Shown: positions 29,362-40,700, numbered from the stretch's first letter. The stretch: 64,000 nucleotides of DNA from Cyanobacteria bacterium P01_F01_bin.150 (GCA_039189765.1 JBCCYL010000001.1:96001-160000); one strand, 5' to 3'. Notes: generated by a model from the sequence alone, not told the origin. Numbers and translations are program-made.

Positions 29362-30759
29362 ATGCCAGAACTTAGTATTACAGCCGATCCTTTAATTCTT
29401 ATTGAAGATGAAGGAACCACAACAACCATTACCATCAGTTCCAATGAGCCGCTGCCAGAAGGCGGTCTGACTGTTTTAATTGAAACCGGTAAGCCATTTG
29501 CGCTGGGAGACTTTAATGCCTTTCAAGCTTCCTTTTCTGGGGGAGTTTTGATCAGAGGCTTATTAGATAATAGCGGCCTTGAGTTTCGCTTGACGAACCA
29601 AACGGCAACAATCACCCTTCCGGTATTTGACGATCCGGATCGAACAGCAGATGGAGCCGTAACCGATCCATCAGGTCCGTTAAGAAACGACGATCAGGGC
29701 GAAGAACAAACCACTATCTCCATTGGCTCAGGAGAGGGATACACGGTCAGTCCAACAGCAGGTAGCATCACTCTCACCTTTTTTGATACCGCTCCGCCTG
29801 CCTCCACGCCTACGCCCGCCCCTACGCCTACACCAGACCCCATATCTACGCCCGCCCCCACACCTACGCCAGACTCTACTCCAGAGCTTAGTATTAGTGC
29901 CGATATTCTTACCCTCTTGGAAAATGAGGGCACGGAAACGACGTTTACGATTACGTCTAGTGAGCCGCTACCAGAGGGTGGCTTAGTGATTTCGCTTGAA
30001 ACCAATAAGCTAGGTGCCCTAGATGACTTTGTTGGGTTTACCACATCTTCTCAGCTTTCAACCACTGGGGGGGCCGTAATAGAGGTTGCCCAGGATGGCA
30101 GCGACTTTACCTTCCGTCTAGATTCGCAAACGGCAACCATTCGCCTCCCCATTGATAATGATAACGATACGGGGAAAGAGCAGACCACTTTTTCTATTGC
30201 TACAGGAGACGGGTATACCGTTAGTCAAACCTCTGGAGCGGTTACCCTTACCCTTCTAGACATTAATCCACCCACAAATGGAGCCGATCGCATTCGAGGT
30301 TCAGACACTGCGGATACGATTAGTGGAAATGGCGGTAGAGATATTTTAATTGGCCTTGCTGGCGATGATACGATTACTGGCGGTGCTGGTAGAGACTCTG
30401 TAAGGGGCGGACGCGGCAAAGATTCTCTTTTTGGCAATGGCGGCAACGACAAAATATTTGGTGGTCAGGGGAACGACACCATGTTTGGAGGTGGCGGTAG
30501 CGATATTATTGTCGGAAATAGAGGTCGTGACACGTTTGTGTTGGAGCAAAAGTCAGGTCGTGACACCTTTAGAGACTTTACAGATAGTCAAGATCGGCTA
30601 GGTCTATCTGACGGTCTTGAATTTGATGATTTAAGCTTTATCGATCGAGGAAAGAATGTTCTGATTAGATCTGGTAATAATGCACTGGCTCTAGTGCGAG
30701 GCATCAATGCAGATCAGCTAACCGAGGCTGACTTTGTAGATGTTGAGAGTCCAATATAA
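29362..30759 (+). CDS. RTX protein with two acidic beta-rich repeat domains and a Pro/Thr linker
   Basis: Two repeats starting PELSI(T/S)AD..L(I/L)E(D/N)EGT; PTPAPTPTP linker; GGxGxD nonapeptides; C-terminus ..QLTEADFVD. Confidence 0.88.
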   Translation: MPELSITADPLILIEDEGTTTTITISSNEPLPEGGLTVLIETGKPFALGDFNAFQASFSGGVLIRGLLDNSGLEFRLTNQTATITLPVFDDPDRTADGAVTDPSGPLRNDDQGEEQTTISIGSGEGYTVSPTAGSITLTFFDTAPPASTPTPAPTPTPDPISTPAPTPTPDSTPELSISADILTLLENEGTETTFTITSSEPLPEGGLVISLETNKLGALDDFVGFTTSSQLSTTGGAVIEVAQDGSDFTFRLDSQTATIRLPIDNDNDTGKEQTTFSIATGDGYTVSQTSGAVTLTLLDINPPTNGADRIRGSDTADTISGNGGRDILIGLAGDDTITGGAGRDSVRGGRGKDSLFGNGGNDKIFGGQGNDTMFGGGGSDIIVGNRGRDTFVLEQKSGRDTFRDFTDSQDRLGLSDGLEFDDLSFIDRGKNVLIRSGNNALALVRGINADQLTEADFVDVESPI

Positions 30760-30830
30760 TACCCCATTGGTTATCCCAGCCAATATCGGTTCCCTGTCCC
30801 TGATGGGGAACTGTATGGTTGTCGAGTAAG

Positions 30831-31889
30831 TTACCGCTGGACTGAACCTACAGTTAAGCCAGAAGCCGCGATCGCCCTTTTGCAGTACTCAGGCCGCTGG
30901 TCCCCTGCAAATACCTGACGATTGAGTCGGTGAGCGACAGCCAGCATCTCAGCATTAGGGAGCCAGGGAAAAATAATGGCGTCATTCGGTTTGGAATAGA
31001 GCTTGATCGTCTGTTCCAACGATTGTCCCTGAAGCATCGCTTCTGGAAGGATTAAAACCGTTGTCGCCGCATCCACTAACCAGTCATGGTCCCAATCATC
31101 GGCAGTAGCAGCAAGGGCAAAGGCTGCGTCTGGAATCATATTGTAAAATTCGGGGGACGCGGTGTCACCGCAAAATATAAAGTGGCGATCGCCCAATAAG
31201 TACCAGCCAGATTGAATAGCTTTGATCTGAATCGATGGCTGAGGAACTGGGGTTACCTGAGAAGCTAGCGTAGTCTCTATCAGCACATTGCCAACGGCGG
31301 CTTCCGAAGCGTGTGGCTGCGGCTTTGTATCCTGCTGTTGAGTTTTCTTATGGGGTATGACCGCAACGATCTCCGGCTTAGCCGCTGCATGGCTAGATGT
31401 GGAGGTTTTGCTATCTTTTGATATAGGCTGATTTTTCTGAGCGTCTGTCTTCTTTACCTTCTTCTCGCGCAGGGCTTGCCTCAAGTCTTTGTGGGTCAGC
31501 TTTTTACCGGATTGGGCCTTTTCCAGATACTCCTGTCTAACCGTTGGGGGCGTTGAAGGAGCCGCTAACAGATATAGTGCCGACGTAGCAATGTCTAGTT
31601 CCTCTAGAGTAGCCTGTTCGCCAAAGCTCTCATATACATTAATAAAATTGTAAGCAGTGCGTCGACTCCAGCCAAATTCAGCTTTTAGCCAAACGTCAAA
31701 CTGACCATATTGCAAATGATCACGCACACTGGCTAACCGCTTGCCGATTTCCCAAATATCCTGAGCGGTGCGGCGTAATCGATCCTGAATTTCGCCCGTA
31801 TGCTGACGCACTAAAGCACGCTGTGTAGGCTCTAATACCTCATAGTTGAAGTGTGTCACAATGTCTTTGCCACTATTCGCGTTAGTCAC
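30831..31889 (-). CDS. DUF3102-like HTH protein fused to a degenerate DNA N4/N6-methyltransferase-like domain
   Basis: N-terminal IWEIGKRL..VRDHL.YGQFDVWLKAEFGWSRRTAYNFINVYE and SALYLLAAPSTP; C-terminal WYLLGDRHFIFCGDT...YSKPNDAIIFPW...LNRQVFAGDQRPEYC. GTG at 31889 is preceded by GGGAGG; the ORF track starts at 31901. Confidence 0.75.
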   Translation of the reverse strand: MTNANSGKDIVTHFNYEVLEPTQRALVRQHTGEIQDRLRRTAQDIWEIGKRLASVRDHLQYGQFDVWLKAEFGWSRRTAYNFINVYESFGEQATLEELDIATSALYLLAAPSTPPTVRQEYLEKAQSGKKLTHKDLRQALREKKVKKTDAQKNQPISKDSKTSTSSHAAAKPEIVAVIPHKKTQQQDTKPQPHASEAAVGNVLIETTLASQVTPVPQPSIQIKAIQSGWYLLGDRHFIFCGDTASPEFYNMIPDAAFALAATADDWDHDWLVDAATTVLILPEAMLQGQSLEQTIKLYSKPNDAIIFPWLPNAEMLAVAHRLNRQVFAGDQRPEYCKRAIAASGLTVGSVQR

Positions 31890-32048
31890 GGCCCCTCCCA
31901 ATGTCTTCCTAAATTAAGTTCTACAGATTTTCTTAACCTGACTTTGTAGGTCCCATTGTGTTCTATATATGCATGACTACTGTCCTAAGCGTGTCCAGTC
32001 CAGACATATGCTCAACATCTTCATAATCATCATACCCAAAATGAAGAG

Positions 32049-32092
32049 TTGACAAAATATACACTCTTGTTGGTTAATGAGAACAATTGCCA
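32049..32092 (+). promoter_or_regulatory. Sigma70-type promoter with an overlapping Fur-box-like site
   Basis: TTGACA at 32049-32054, GTTAAT at 32073-32078, TGAGAACAATTGCCA at 32078-32092 (10/14). Confidence 0.55.
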
Positions 32093-32262
32093 TCTATCAA
32101 GAGTGACGTACATATAATAGTTAGCGAACAATCGAGGGGAGTTTAAATGGTGAAATTACGGAGTTTAGAGGGAAAAGAGATAAATTTCAGGATAGAGCAA
32201 AGTAACTATTTCCCATCTAATCCCACTCCCAAACTTGTTTAAATCCGACTGTTTGTTAGCAC

Positions 32263-33027
32263 TTGTTATCTTTTGGCAACCATTTATGTGTGGTGAAACT
32301 TGAGTCTATGATCACCCAATCTTCTGTTACTGTTGGAGACTTATTGCTAGAGATTGATCACATTTTTATCTGTGTTGATGCTGAACCCGATCCAGGGGCC
32401 TTTGCACGACTTGGCCTTATATGTTCTGACCAAGTGGTTCGTCGTGAGCAACAGGGCATAGCATCACGCCTCGTTTTCTTTAACAACGTCTACCTTGAGT
32501 TTGTGTGGGTAGAGGATGCCGAACAGGCTGAGATTTATGCCATGCGTTCTGGAATTGACTACCTATCCCGTGCTCAGTGGAAAGTGTCCCAGTATTGTCC
32601 ATTAGGGGTTGCATTACGACACTGTAATGTGAACGACCCAGATCCAGACTTAAATGTTTTTAATCATACGTCAAATGTCGCTGATGGGGTAATCCGACTA
32701 GAAGCCAGTAACTTAGTTGCTCAGTGGGAGCCATTTTGCTACATAATTCCGTCGGCGATCGCCCTCACGACGCTTTTTGCACGCTCTCGTACCATGCAGG
32801 GGCAGCTTACTAATCACGCCTTAGGCATTCAGCGATTGACCCATGCTCACATGTCAATGGAGCATGAGGGACCCTTGACGCCGCCCATGTCCATGCTAGA
32901 GAAGGTTGGCATTGTTGAGTTAACTCAGAATCAGCAATTTGAGCTTATCTTGACCTTTGATCAGCATCGACAAGGACGGTGTCTAGATCTGGTATCTTTA
33001 GATATTCCGGTTATCTTGAGATACTAA
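32263..33027 (+). CDS. VOC/glyoxalase-like (Glyoxalase_3-type) protein
   Basis: EIDHIFICV, G.ASRLVFFNNVYLEFVW, NHALGIQRLT. True start probably the internal ATG (MITQSS). Confidence 0.75.
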   Translation: MLSFGNHLCVVKLESMITQSSVTVGDLLLEIDHIFICVDAEPDPGAFARLGLICSDQVVRREQQGIASRLVFFNNVYLEFVWVEDAEQAEIYAMRSGIDYLSRAQWKVSQYCPLGVALRHCNVNDPDPDLNVFNHTSNVADGVIRLEASNLVAQWEPFCYIIPSAIALTTLFARSRTMQGQLTNHALGIQRLTHAHMSMEHEGPLTPPMSMLEKVGIVELTQNQQFELILTFDQHRQGRCLDLVSLDIPVILRY

Positions 33028-33030
33028 AGC

Positions 33031-35043
33031 GTGGGGTTTCGTTTTCAGTCTAAACAGAATAATGGTGTTGTGGGTGGGTCGCGTCCACGGCACTCGCCTA
33101 AAGCCGATCCCAAAAGCATGGATAGGATCGGGTTAATACTGTGGCGATCGCTTCGGCCCTATTGGCTTGATACAGCACAACGATGGTCAGCCTGGGGCCT
33201 ACTGTTCTTGTTATTACTGTTATCCATCGGTAGCAGCGCTGCTTTAATTTGGGAAACGATTGAACGGGGCAATATTTTATCTGCCCTAGCGGCCCAAGAT
33301 GGGCAAAGATTTGCCAGCTCCATCATCATCTTTATTGGCTTGTTAATTGCGAGTGTTCTGCTTTTATCGTTCAAAACTTACGTGCAAGAACGTTTAGGGT
33401 TGAACTGGCGCAACTGGCTAACGCGACAAACCCTGAGCCAATATCTACAGCCCTATAAGTTCTATCAGCTTCAATATCCCATTGACAATCCTGATCAGCG
33501 TATTTCTGATGACCTTAAGACGGTCTGTCAGGATTCACTAATGTTTCTCACGATTCTGTTCGACTCAGTGGTCCAGCTTATTGGCTTTGGCAGTGTTTTA
33601 TGGCTAATTTCTAAGCCATTGATGGGAATTTTAGTCACCTATGCAATAGCTGGTACCGTTGTCACTACCCTGATATTTGGTAGAGTCCTACTGGGCATCA
33701 ACCGTCAGCGATTACAGCAGGAAGCTGATTTTCGCTATGGATTGATTCGAGTGAAAGAACAGGCAGAGGCGATCGCGTTTTATCAAGGTGCCTCAAACGA
33801 GTATGGTCAGGCTAAAATCCGTTTCCTAAATGCGTATCAAACAGTTCAGCGGCTCATTCGCTGGCAGTTTGGGCTAACCATTTTTCAAAATGGCTACCAG
33901 TACTTGACGTTTATTTTGCCGTTTATCATTCTAGCTCCTCAAATTTTTGCTGGGAACCAGGAAATCGGCACAGTGGTACAGTCCCAAGCCGCATTTGAGC
34001 GCATCGGCTTTGCCCTGGGCTTAGTCATCACCCAATTTGACAAGCTAAGTGCATTTGGAGCCGCAGTTAAGCGCTTAGATGGACTAAACAAAGGTTTAGA
34101 AAAGGCAGAAATAAAGGCAGAAATAAAGGCAGAAATAAAGGCAGAAGGCAGAAGGCAGAAGGCAGAAGAACCCACCCCTAGCCCCTCCCAGGAGGGGGAC
34201 CGGAGTAGCCCAACGCCCCAACGCCCAACGCCCAACGCTCAACTCTCCAACTCTCCAACTCTCCAACTTCCCAACTTCCCAACGCCCCAGCTCTCCAACG
34301 CCCCAACGCCTCAACGCCCTATCCAAAATCTAAAATCTAAAGTTATTTCCTTTCAAAATTTAACGTTGACGACGTCGGCTAAAACGCTGGTGCGTGATTT
34401 ATCCTTTGAGGTTGCGGAAGGGCGATCGCTTCTTATCACTGGAGCCAGTGGTGTGGGTAAAAGCTCATTGGTGAGGGCGATCGCAGGGTTATGGCAGTCA
34501 GGGGAAGGAGTGATCGGGGTTCCGCCCCGAGAGCAGCTCTTGTTTTTACCCCAGCGCCCCTATATGCCGTTGGGTGATTTGCGCTATCAGCTACATTATC
34601 CCCATCACCATGTTCAAAAACAGACTGAGACATTTGACATCCGGTTATCGAACAAGCAGCTATCTAACGAGCAAATATCTAACCAGCGATTAAAAGATAT
34701 TCTTGTTCAAGTTAATTTAGCCCATCTAACTGATTATTTAGGCAGTACAAATTCCGTATCTGCCCAAGAGTACGAGGATATGGACTGGTCACAAGTTCTT
34801 TCGCTTGGCGAACAACAACGTCTTGCCATTGCCCGTGTTGTCCTTAATCCTCCGGTCTATGCCATCCTCGATGAAGCCACCAGTGCCCTCGACGAAGCCA
34901 ACGAAGCCAACGTCTACCAGCTTCTGCAAACTCTCCCTACTACGCTTATCAGCATTGGTCATCGCCCCTCACTCACTGCTTATCACCAAACCCTCCTCAC
35001 CCTCAACCCAGACGCTACCTGGACCTTAAAATCTATCCCGTAG
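33031..35043 (+). CDS. ABC half-transporter (SbmA/BacA-like TMD + ATPase; YddA/ABCD-like)
   Basis: DNPDQRI, EADFRYGLIRVKEQAEAIAFY, Walker A GASGVGKS, signature LSLGEQQR, Walker B ILDEATSALD, GHR. Start may be the later ATG (MDRIG). Confidence 0.93.
   Translation: MGFRFQSKQNNGVVGGSRPRHSPKADPKSMDRIGLILWRSLRPYWLDTAQRWSAWGLLFLLLLLSIGSSAALIWETIERGNILSALAAQDGQRFASSIIIFIGLLIASVLLLSFKTYVQERLGLNWRNWLTRQTLSQYLQPYKFYQLQYPIDNPDQRISDDLKTVCQDSLMFLTILFDSVVQLIGFGSVLWLISKPLMGILVTYAIAGTVVTTLIFGRVLLGINRQRLQQEADFRYGLIRVKEQAEAIAFYQGASNEYGQAKIRFLNAYQTVQRLIRWQFGLTIFQNGYQYLTFILPFIILAPQIFAGNQEIGTVVQSQAAFERIGFALGLVITQFDKLSAFGAAVKRLDGLNKGLEKAEIKAEIKAEIKAEGRRQKAEEPTPSPSQEGDRSSPTPQRPTPNAQLSNSPTLQLPNFPTPQLSNAPTPQRPIQNLKSKVISFQNLTLTTSAKTLVRDLSFEVAEGRSLLITGASGVGKSSLVRAIAGLWQSGEGVIGVPPREQLLFLPQRPYMPLGDLRYQLHYPHHHVQKQTETFDIRLSNKQLSNEQISNQRLKDILVQVNLAHLTDYLGSTNSVSAQEYEDMDWSQVLSLGEQQRLAIARVVLNPPVYAILDEATSALDEANEANVYQLLQTLPTTLISIGHRPSLTAYHQTLLTLNPDATWTLKSIP
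34100..34340 (+). repeat. Composite heptamer/hairpin cassette (representative copy; about 10 full or partial copies in the window)
   Basis: (GCAGAAG)n - CCCACCCCTAGCCCCTCCCAGGAGGGGGAC - (CCCAACT/CCCAACG)n - (AAATCCA/AAATCTA)n. Confidence 0.9.
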
Positions 35044-35203
35044 ACAGAAGAACCCACCCCTAGCCCCTCCAAGGAGGGGGACCGGAGTAGCCCAACTCCC
35101 CAGTTTTTCCGCTCCCCAACTCCCCAACTCCCCAACTCCCCAACTCCCCAACTTCAAAATCCAAAATCCAAAATCCAAAATCCAAAATCGACCCAACCCT
35201 CCC

Positions 35204-37075
35204 ATGACTCATCCCCACCGCCAACCCTTCAAGCTTCAATTTCTTCAACGGCTATGGCAAGTGGCTCGGCCCTACTGGACCTCCTCCGAAAAATGGCGGG
35301 CATGGGGCTTACTTTTACTTTTGCTTTTACTATCTATTGTCAGTGCCGGGCTATTGGTTGTTGTTAGTATTTTTCTAGGGGATGTCACCTCTGCATTGGT
35401 GGCCCAGGATAGCGATCGCTTTTGGCAATCGGTTTTTATATTTATCGGTGTCATCCTAGTTGGCGTGCCACTTTTATCACTAAAAATCTTTGTTCAAGCC
35501 CAGCTCAGTTTGTATTGGCGTCGGTGGCTTACCCAAGAAATGCTACAGCGGTACTTTAGCAATCGCCAATTCTATAAACTCAGCCAGGTCAATCATCACT
35601 ACGATCGCACCTCTTCTGATATTGCGGCCAATATTGACAATCCTGATCAGCGCATTGCTGAAGACATTAATACATTTACAGAACAAGCCCTATTTTTTCT
35701 AATTGCTTTTCTGGACTCATGCCTCCAGCTTATGGCCTTTGTGGGTGTACTCTGGGCAATTTCTAAACCGTTAATGGCCTTTTTAGTCGCCTATGCAATG
35801 GGGGGAACGATGATTACAGGCCTTGTTTTTGGCCGTAAACTAATCTATCTCAATGTGGAGCAGCTAAAACGAGAGGCTAATTTTCGTTTTGGGCTGGTGC
35901 GAGTGCGTGAAAATACGGAGGCGATCGCCCTTTACGACGGTCAAGCCCAGGAGCTATCTATCCTCCAACAGCGATTCCAGTCGCTATTTGATAATTTTAA
36001 TCATCTAATCCGCTGGCAGCTGGGTCTCAACTTTTTTCAAAACGGCTACCAGTATCTAACGTTCCTTCTTCCTGCCCTAATTCTGTCTGGCCCCATCCTG
36101 AATGGCACGATGGAAGTGGGCGTACAGTCTCAAGCGGTGATTGCCTTCCGCAGCATTCTGATTGCCCTTGCGGTTATTATTCAACAGTTTGAGAAGCTAG
36201 CAGAATTTATGGCTAGGGGCGATCGCCTCCACGCGTTTCGGAACGCTATGCTCCCACCTCATCTGTCCTTCCCTATAAGTCCTTCGGACCGGCAGATAGG
36301 GGATCGGCAAACAGAGGACTCGGAGAAACTGGAGATTCGTCATAAGCCCAGCCGAACGGAGGTCATCCAAACGATTGAAGCTCCCTATATCGCCCTTGAC
36401 CATCTCACGCTTTACACGCCCGATCGCTCTACCGAACTGATTACCGATTTATCACTCACCGTGGAACCGGGGCAATCGTTGCTTGTTCAGGGTCCCAGTG
36501 GTGTGGGTAAAAGTTCATTACTGCGGGCGATTGCAGGGCTTTGGGAGACGGGATCAGGGACGATTAGAAGACCGCCTTTAGACCAAATCGTCTTTTTACC
36601 CCAGCGACCCTACATGGCATTGGGAACCCTGCGCCAACAGTTGATGTATCCTGTCACTCCATCTGCTTTAACTGGGGATGAATCTGTGGATGAAGAGCTG
36701 CTCCAGCATATTCTTGAGCAGGTGAACCTACCATTTCTAAAAAAGCAGTATGATGGATGGGACTCTATTGAGAACTGGTCGCAGATATTATCGGTGGGTG
36801 AGCAGCAACGGTTGGCGATCGCTCGTCTTCTCGTAACACGATCTTTACAAACTTCAATCCCAACCGACAATCAGACTAAGTCTCTGATATCACCAATAGT
36901 TACCAGCACCTATGCGATTTTAGATGAGGCCACCAGCGCCCTGGATCAAGACAATGAAGATCGACTCTATCAGACTCTATTTGAGCATTCCATTACATAT
37001 ATAAGCGTAGGACATCGGCCTAATTTACAGCGCTATCATCACCATATTTTGACGTTGGATAGGCAAGAACCCTAA
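35204..37075 (+). CDS. ABC half-transporter paralog (SbmA/BacA-like TMD + ATPase)
   Basis: DNPDQRI, EANFRFGLVRVRENTEAIALY, GPSGVGKS, LSVGEQQR, ILDEATSALD, GHR. Confidence 0.93.
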   Translation: MTHPHRQPFKLQFLQRLWQVARPYWTSSEKWRAWGLLLLLLLLSIVSAGLLVVVSIFLGDVTSALVAQDSDRFWQSVFIFIGVILVGVPLLSLKIFVQAQLSLYWRRWLTQEMLQRYFSNRQFYKLSQVNHHYDRTSSDIAANIDNPDQRIAEDINTFTEQALFFLIAFLDSCLQLMAFVGVLWAISKPLMAFLVAYAMGGTMITGLVFGRKLIYLNVEQLKREANFRFGLVRVRENTEAIALYDGQAQELSILQQRFQSLFDNFNHLIRWQLGLNFFQNGYQYLTFLLPALILSGPILNGTMEVGVQSQAVIAFRSILIALAVIIQQFEKLAEFMARGDRLHAFRNAMLPPHLSFPISPSDRQIGDRQTEDSEKLEIRHKPSRTEVIQTIEAPYIALDHLTLYTPDRSTELITDLSLTVEPGQSLLVQGPSGVGKSSLLRAIAGLWETGSGTIRRPPLDQIVFLPQRPYMALGTLRQQLMYPVTPSALTGDESVDEELLQHILEQVNLPFLKKQYDGWDSIENWSQILSVGEQQRLAIARLLVTRSLQTSIPTDNQTKSLISPIVTSTYAILDEATSALDQDNEDRLYQTLFEHSITYISVGHRPNLQRYHHHILTLDRQEP

Positions 37076-37208
37076 AGGAAAAGAGAGTAAAAGAAGGTGC
37101 CATCAGCTGTTTTTCTCCCAAAAAAATGTTATTTAATTTACATATTCTTTAAAAAGGGGACTTCCTCCCAGGAAATACGGATGTTATCATGATCCTCAGC
37201 AACATGAT

Positions 37209-37235
37209 TGGTAGTGATTCTCAGTAAGAATCACT
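37209..37235. promoter_or_regulatory. Fur-box-like site overlapping a perfect 9-5-9 inverted repeat, upstream of giant protein 1
   Basis: TGGTAGTGATTCTCA at 37209-37223 (11/14); AGTGATTCT-cagta-AGAATCACT at 37213-37235. Confidence 0.55.
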
Positions 37236-37723
37236 TTTAGAGAGGTATCGATCGCTTTTTCCGAGCTTTTTTGTAGTTCTCGTATATGTGGAAGGCTTAC
37301 TCAGGCAGTTTATCTACCTGCTCTAGCTCTTTATTTATGCTTGGTACTTGTAAGAGCAAAAGAATGAGCTTTGAATGAGCGCTAATGGGATCGGATAGTT
37401 TGTTATCCCCAAATCGGAGGAACGTTGTTTTTTCCGAACCGTCATCCTTGAGAGAGTAGAGCGCGGTGAAAATGGATTGTATCTGTTGATGCTTATGTCC
37501 GAGTGTCGCAGTGTAATGGCGTGTGTCTGAGAAGATATCGCGCTGTTTGACATATTTAGTTCTTGGGAATAAGGTCTGCGAGCTCTGGTGGCGTCCTTAG
37601 TTTGAACGCTTCTGATGGCTGTGTGTGTCTGGAGCAATCGCCTCGTCATCACTAATCCCCCAAGAAGCATTAGAGGTCCGAGTATCAGTTCAGATTTGTG
37701 TTATTGCAAGAATAGGAGTAGCA

Positions 37724-40700
37724 ATGCCAGTCGTTAGTTTAAGTACAAGTACCAATTTCAGCGGGTCAGAAAACGCCCTAATTGAAAATGAAGGTACAGA
37801 GCTAACTCTCACATTTAGCCTTGATGAGCCAGCGCCTGCTGGAGGGCTAAAGGTCTACGTTGACAGTGATGTTCCAGAAATCCTAAATCGCCTCAATCTA
37901 ATTTTGTTGGCGTTTGACCCTTCCAGATTATCTAATCTGACTGCCAGTCAAGCAGCCTTTACAGATTTTTCTAACAGTGGATTCACCGCCACCATTAATG
38001 CGGGTGCCACTGAAGCTTCGGTCACTGTTCCGGTTTTCGATACAAATGAGTCGACCCCTGATCCCTTTTTCCCGGATACTTATGACGGATTAACGACAGC
38101 GACCTTTACGCTTAAGACGCGAGACCAGATCGACTCCGTTGACGAAACAAGTCCCAGAGGGAATACCGGAAACGATTTGGCGGCGATAGAGAACGATGGC
38201 GTTCCCGTAAGTGACTACACCATTGGTACCGCGTCCAGCACCGTTCTATTTGTAGATGATGTCAGTCAGCTGCCTTCTGACCCCACACCCACACCCCCTC
38301 CCACACCCCCTCCCACACCCCCTTCGCCAGCGAACGGCTACGATGAAGCGACCAGTGGCGATATTTCTGATAATCCTTCTAATCCCATTGAGCTGGATCT
38401 TGCAGAAGGAACGACTCAATTGTCTGCAACGACAGGCGGTGGTGATCAGGAATATGTAACCGTAACGGTTCCTGATGGCACTCAGCTTGATTCCATTACC
38501 GTGGACTCCTATTCCACTGGGGATGTGGCCTTTATCGGTGTTCAGGAAGGCAGCACCTTTACTGAGCCACTAGATAATAGTGCTGATGTGGGTGAGCTGC
38601 TTGGCTATGCCTTGTTTGATAATGGCGACGAAGGGACTGACATTCTAGACAACATCGGTAGAGGTGATGGCGCAGAAGGGTTCACAGGTCCTTTGCCCAG
38701 CGGTACCTACACGTTTGCCCTTCAACAGTTGGGTGCCAGCAGCGACTACACTCTAGACTTTAATGTCTCTGAAGCGTCTGCTCCAACCCCCACTCCTCCT
38801 CCCACTCCAACCCCTACCCCTCCTCCTTCTGGTCCTCCGGTCGTCAGCTTTGAAGCTGTCCCGGCAACGATTTCTGAAGAAGCCCCCGCTGAGGATCGGC
38901 TGCTAAGGCTGGAGTTTTCTGTTGCTGGAGAAATTCCTGAAGGTGGTCTAGTAGTTCTCTTCGAAAACCTCTTTGGCATTACCGATCAGGCCGATAGCGA
39001 AGCTGAAGGAGCCGCCTTTGAAGGTTTAGGTCTAGCACCACCTTTTGACCAGGAAAATAATATTATCGGTATTCGCCTATTAGAAAACCAAGCTGCAATC
39101 CAGCTACCGATGATTAACGACTTGGTTGAGGAGACAACCACGTTTGACTTCCGCTTGCTTGAGGGCGAGGGCTATGAGCTTGATCCGGACCAGAATGCAA
39201 CGCTGTTCACCATCACTGACGACAATGGTGGTCCCGGTGTTGGTCCGACCATCGGCTTATCGGTATCTGAAACCAACCTGGCAGAAGGTGATACCTTTAC
39301 GGTCAACTTTGCAGTTGATGGCACGATCCCAGCCGGGGGCATTGATGTCCTAGTAACAAGCGATGAAAGTGTTGCGGGTCCCCTTGGGCAGTTTGAATTG
39401 TCTAATCTTGAGACACTACAGCTCTCTGGTGTTAGCAACCTGCGCCCCGGAGACGACCGTGGTCAAAGCTTTATTGCCACTATCACTGAGGCTAATGCAT
39501 CAATTACCCTATCTGTCTTTGATGACATTATTGCAGAGGAACCGGTTGACATTCCATTTATTTTAGCCAACGGTGAGCTTTACGAAGTAGACCCCAACGC
39601 GGCTGACGTAACCCTAACCATTTCTGATGAACCCCAACCCGTTGGTCCTACGGTTGGTATTTCCCTTGACAAGACCGACGCAGTTGAAGGGGATTCAGTC
39701 ACTCTATCGTTCAATGTTGAAGGGGATATTCCTGACGGCGGCCTTACGGTTCTAGTTAACGACACCACTAGTGCTCGCACTGGTGCCAGAAGTCTAACTG
39801 AATTTGATATTGCCGGAGTTCAGCTCAGTGATGGCATTGATGGATTCCCCATTGCGGCTGAAGGCGACAGCGGTTTCTTCGTTACGTTAACTGCTGCAAA
39901 TGCCAGCATCACTCTACCCGTAATTGATGACGGTGCAGATGAGGATGAGGCGCTAGAGATGTTCACCTTTGAGGTCATTGATGGTGAAGCCTATGAAGTC
40001 AGTGCTGATGCGGGTAGCGTAACGCTAAATATCAGCGATGCGGCACCTGTTGCCCCAACGGTCAGCCTGAGCACTGATGTGACTACGCTGATTGAATCCG
40101 AAGGGACGATTGTCACCTTTACCCTAGAAACATCCGGCACTCTTCCTGAGGTTGTCCTGGATGAGGATGGTGACTATGTCTCCGGTGGGTTACCTGTAAC
40201 ATTGCAGATTGATTCGGCTCAACTTGAGTGGTTCTTTGACTTTGACAACAACAGCCGTCCACGGACAAACGCTGAAACTGGTAGCTTCAATGAGGTTCTA
40301 GTCCTTGGCGATAACTCCACAGGTATTGCTGGCGGTCGCTTGATTGGTACATTGCTGCCACCCGATTTCAACACGGTGGAGCTGACTCTCACAGAGAGCA
40401 CTGCGTCCTTCCAGTTTGAAGTCTTTGACGACGTATTTGCTGAAGCGAATGAGGACATTACGTTCACCTTGTTGGGTGGTGATGGCTACGAAGTCGCAGC
40501 AGACGCCACTCCTGTAACCCTGACCCTACAGGATAGTCCTGATGGAACAATTGACGGCACGACTCCTGTTGTTAGCCTATCCGTCGATAGCACTACTGTT
40601 GCAGAGGGAGACGCTCTAACGGTTACCTTTAACGTGACTGGCGATATTCCTGACGGCGGTCTTCTTGTCTTTGTTGACAGTAATGCCTCTGGAGTACTGG

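Noticed and set aside
33031..37075. ABC pair as the type I secretion ATPases for the RTX and giant proteins
   Set aside because: Motifs (DNPDQRI, EAIA.Y, LS.GEQQR) are of the SbmA/ABCD type, not HlyB; no HlyD or TolC gene is in the window.
37335..37670. 111-aa minus-strand ORF (similarly 57278-57466 and 48700-48946)
   Set aside because: No recognisable motifs or RBS; they lie in the presumed leaders of the giant genes.
37625..37723. GTG-started N-terminal extension of giant protein 1 as a signal peptide
   Set aside because: The RBS and paralog alignment favour ATG 37724, and the extension lacks n/h/c signal-peptide structure.
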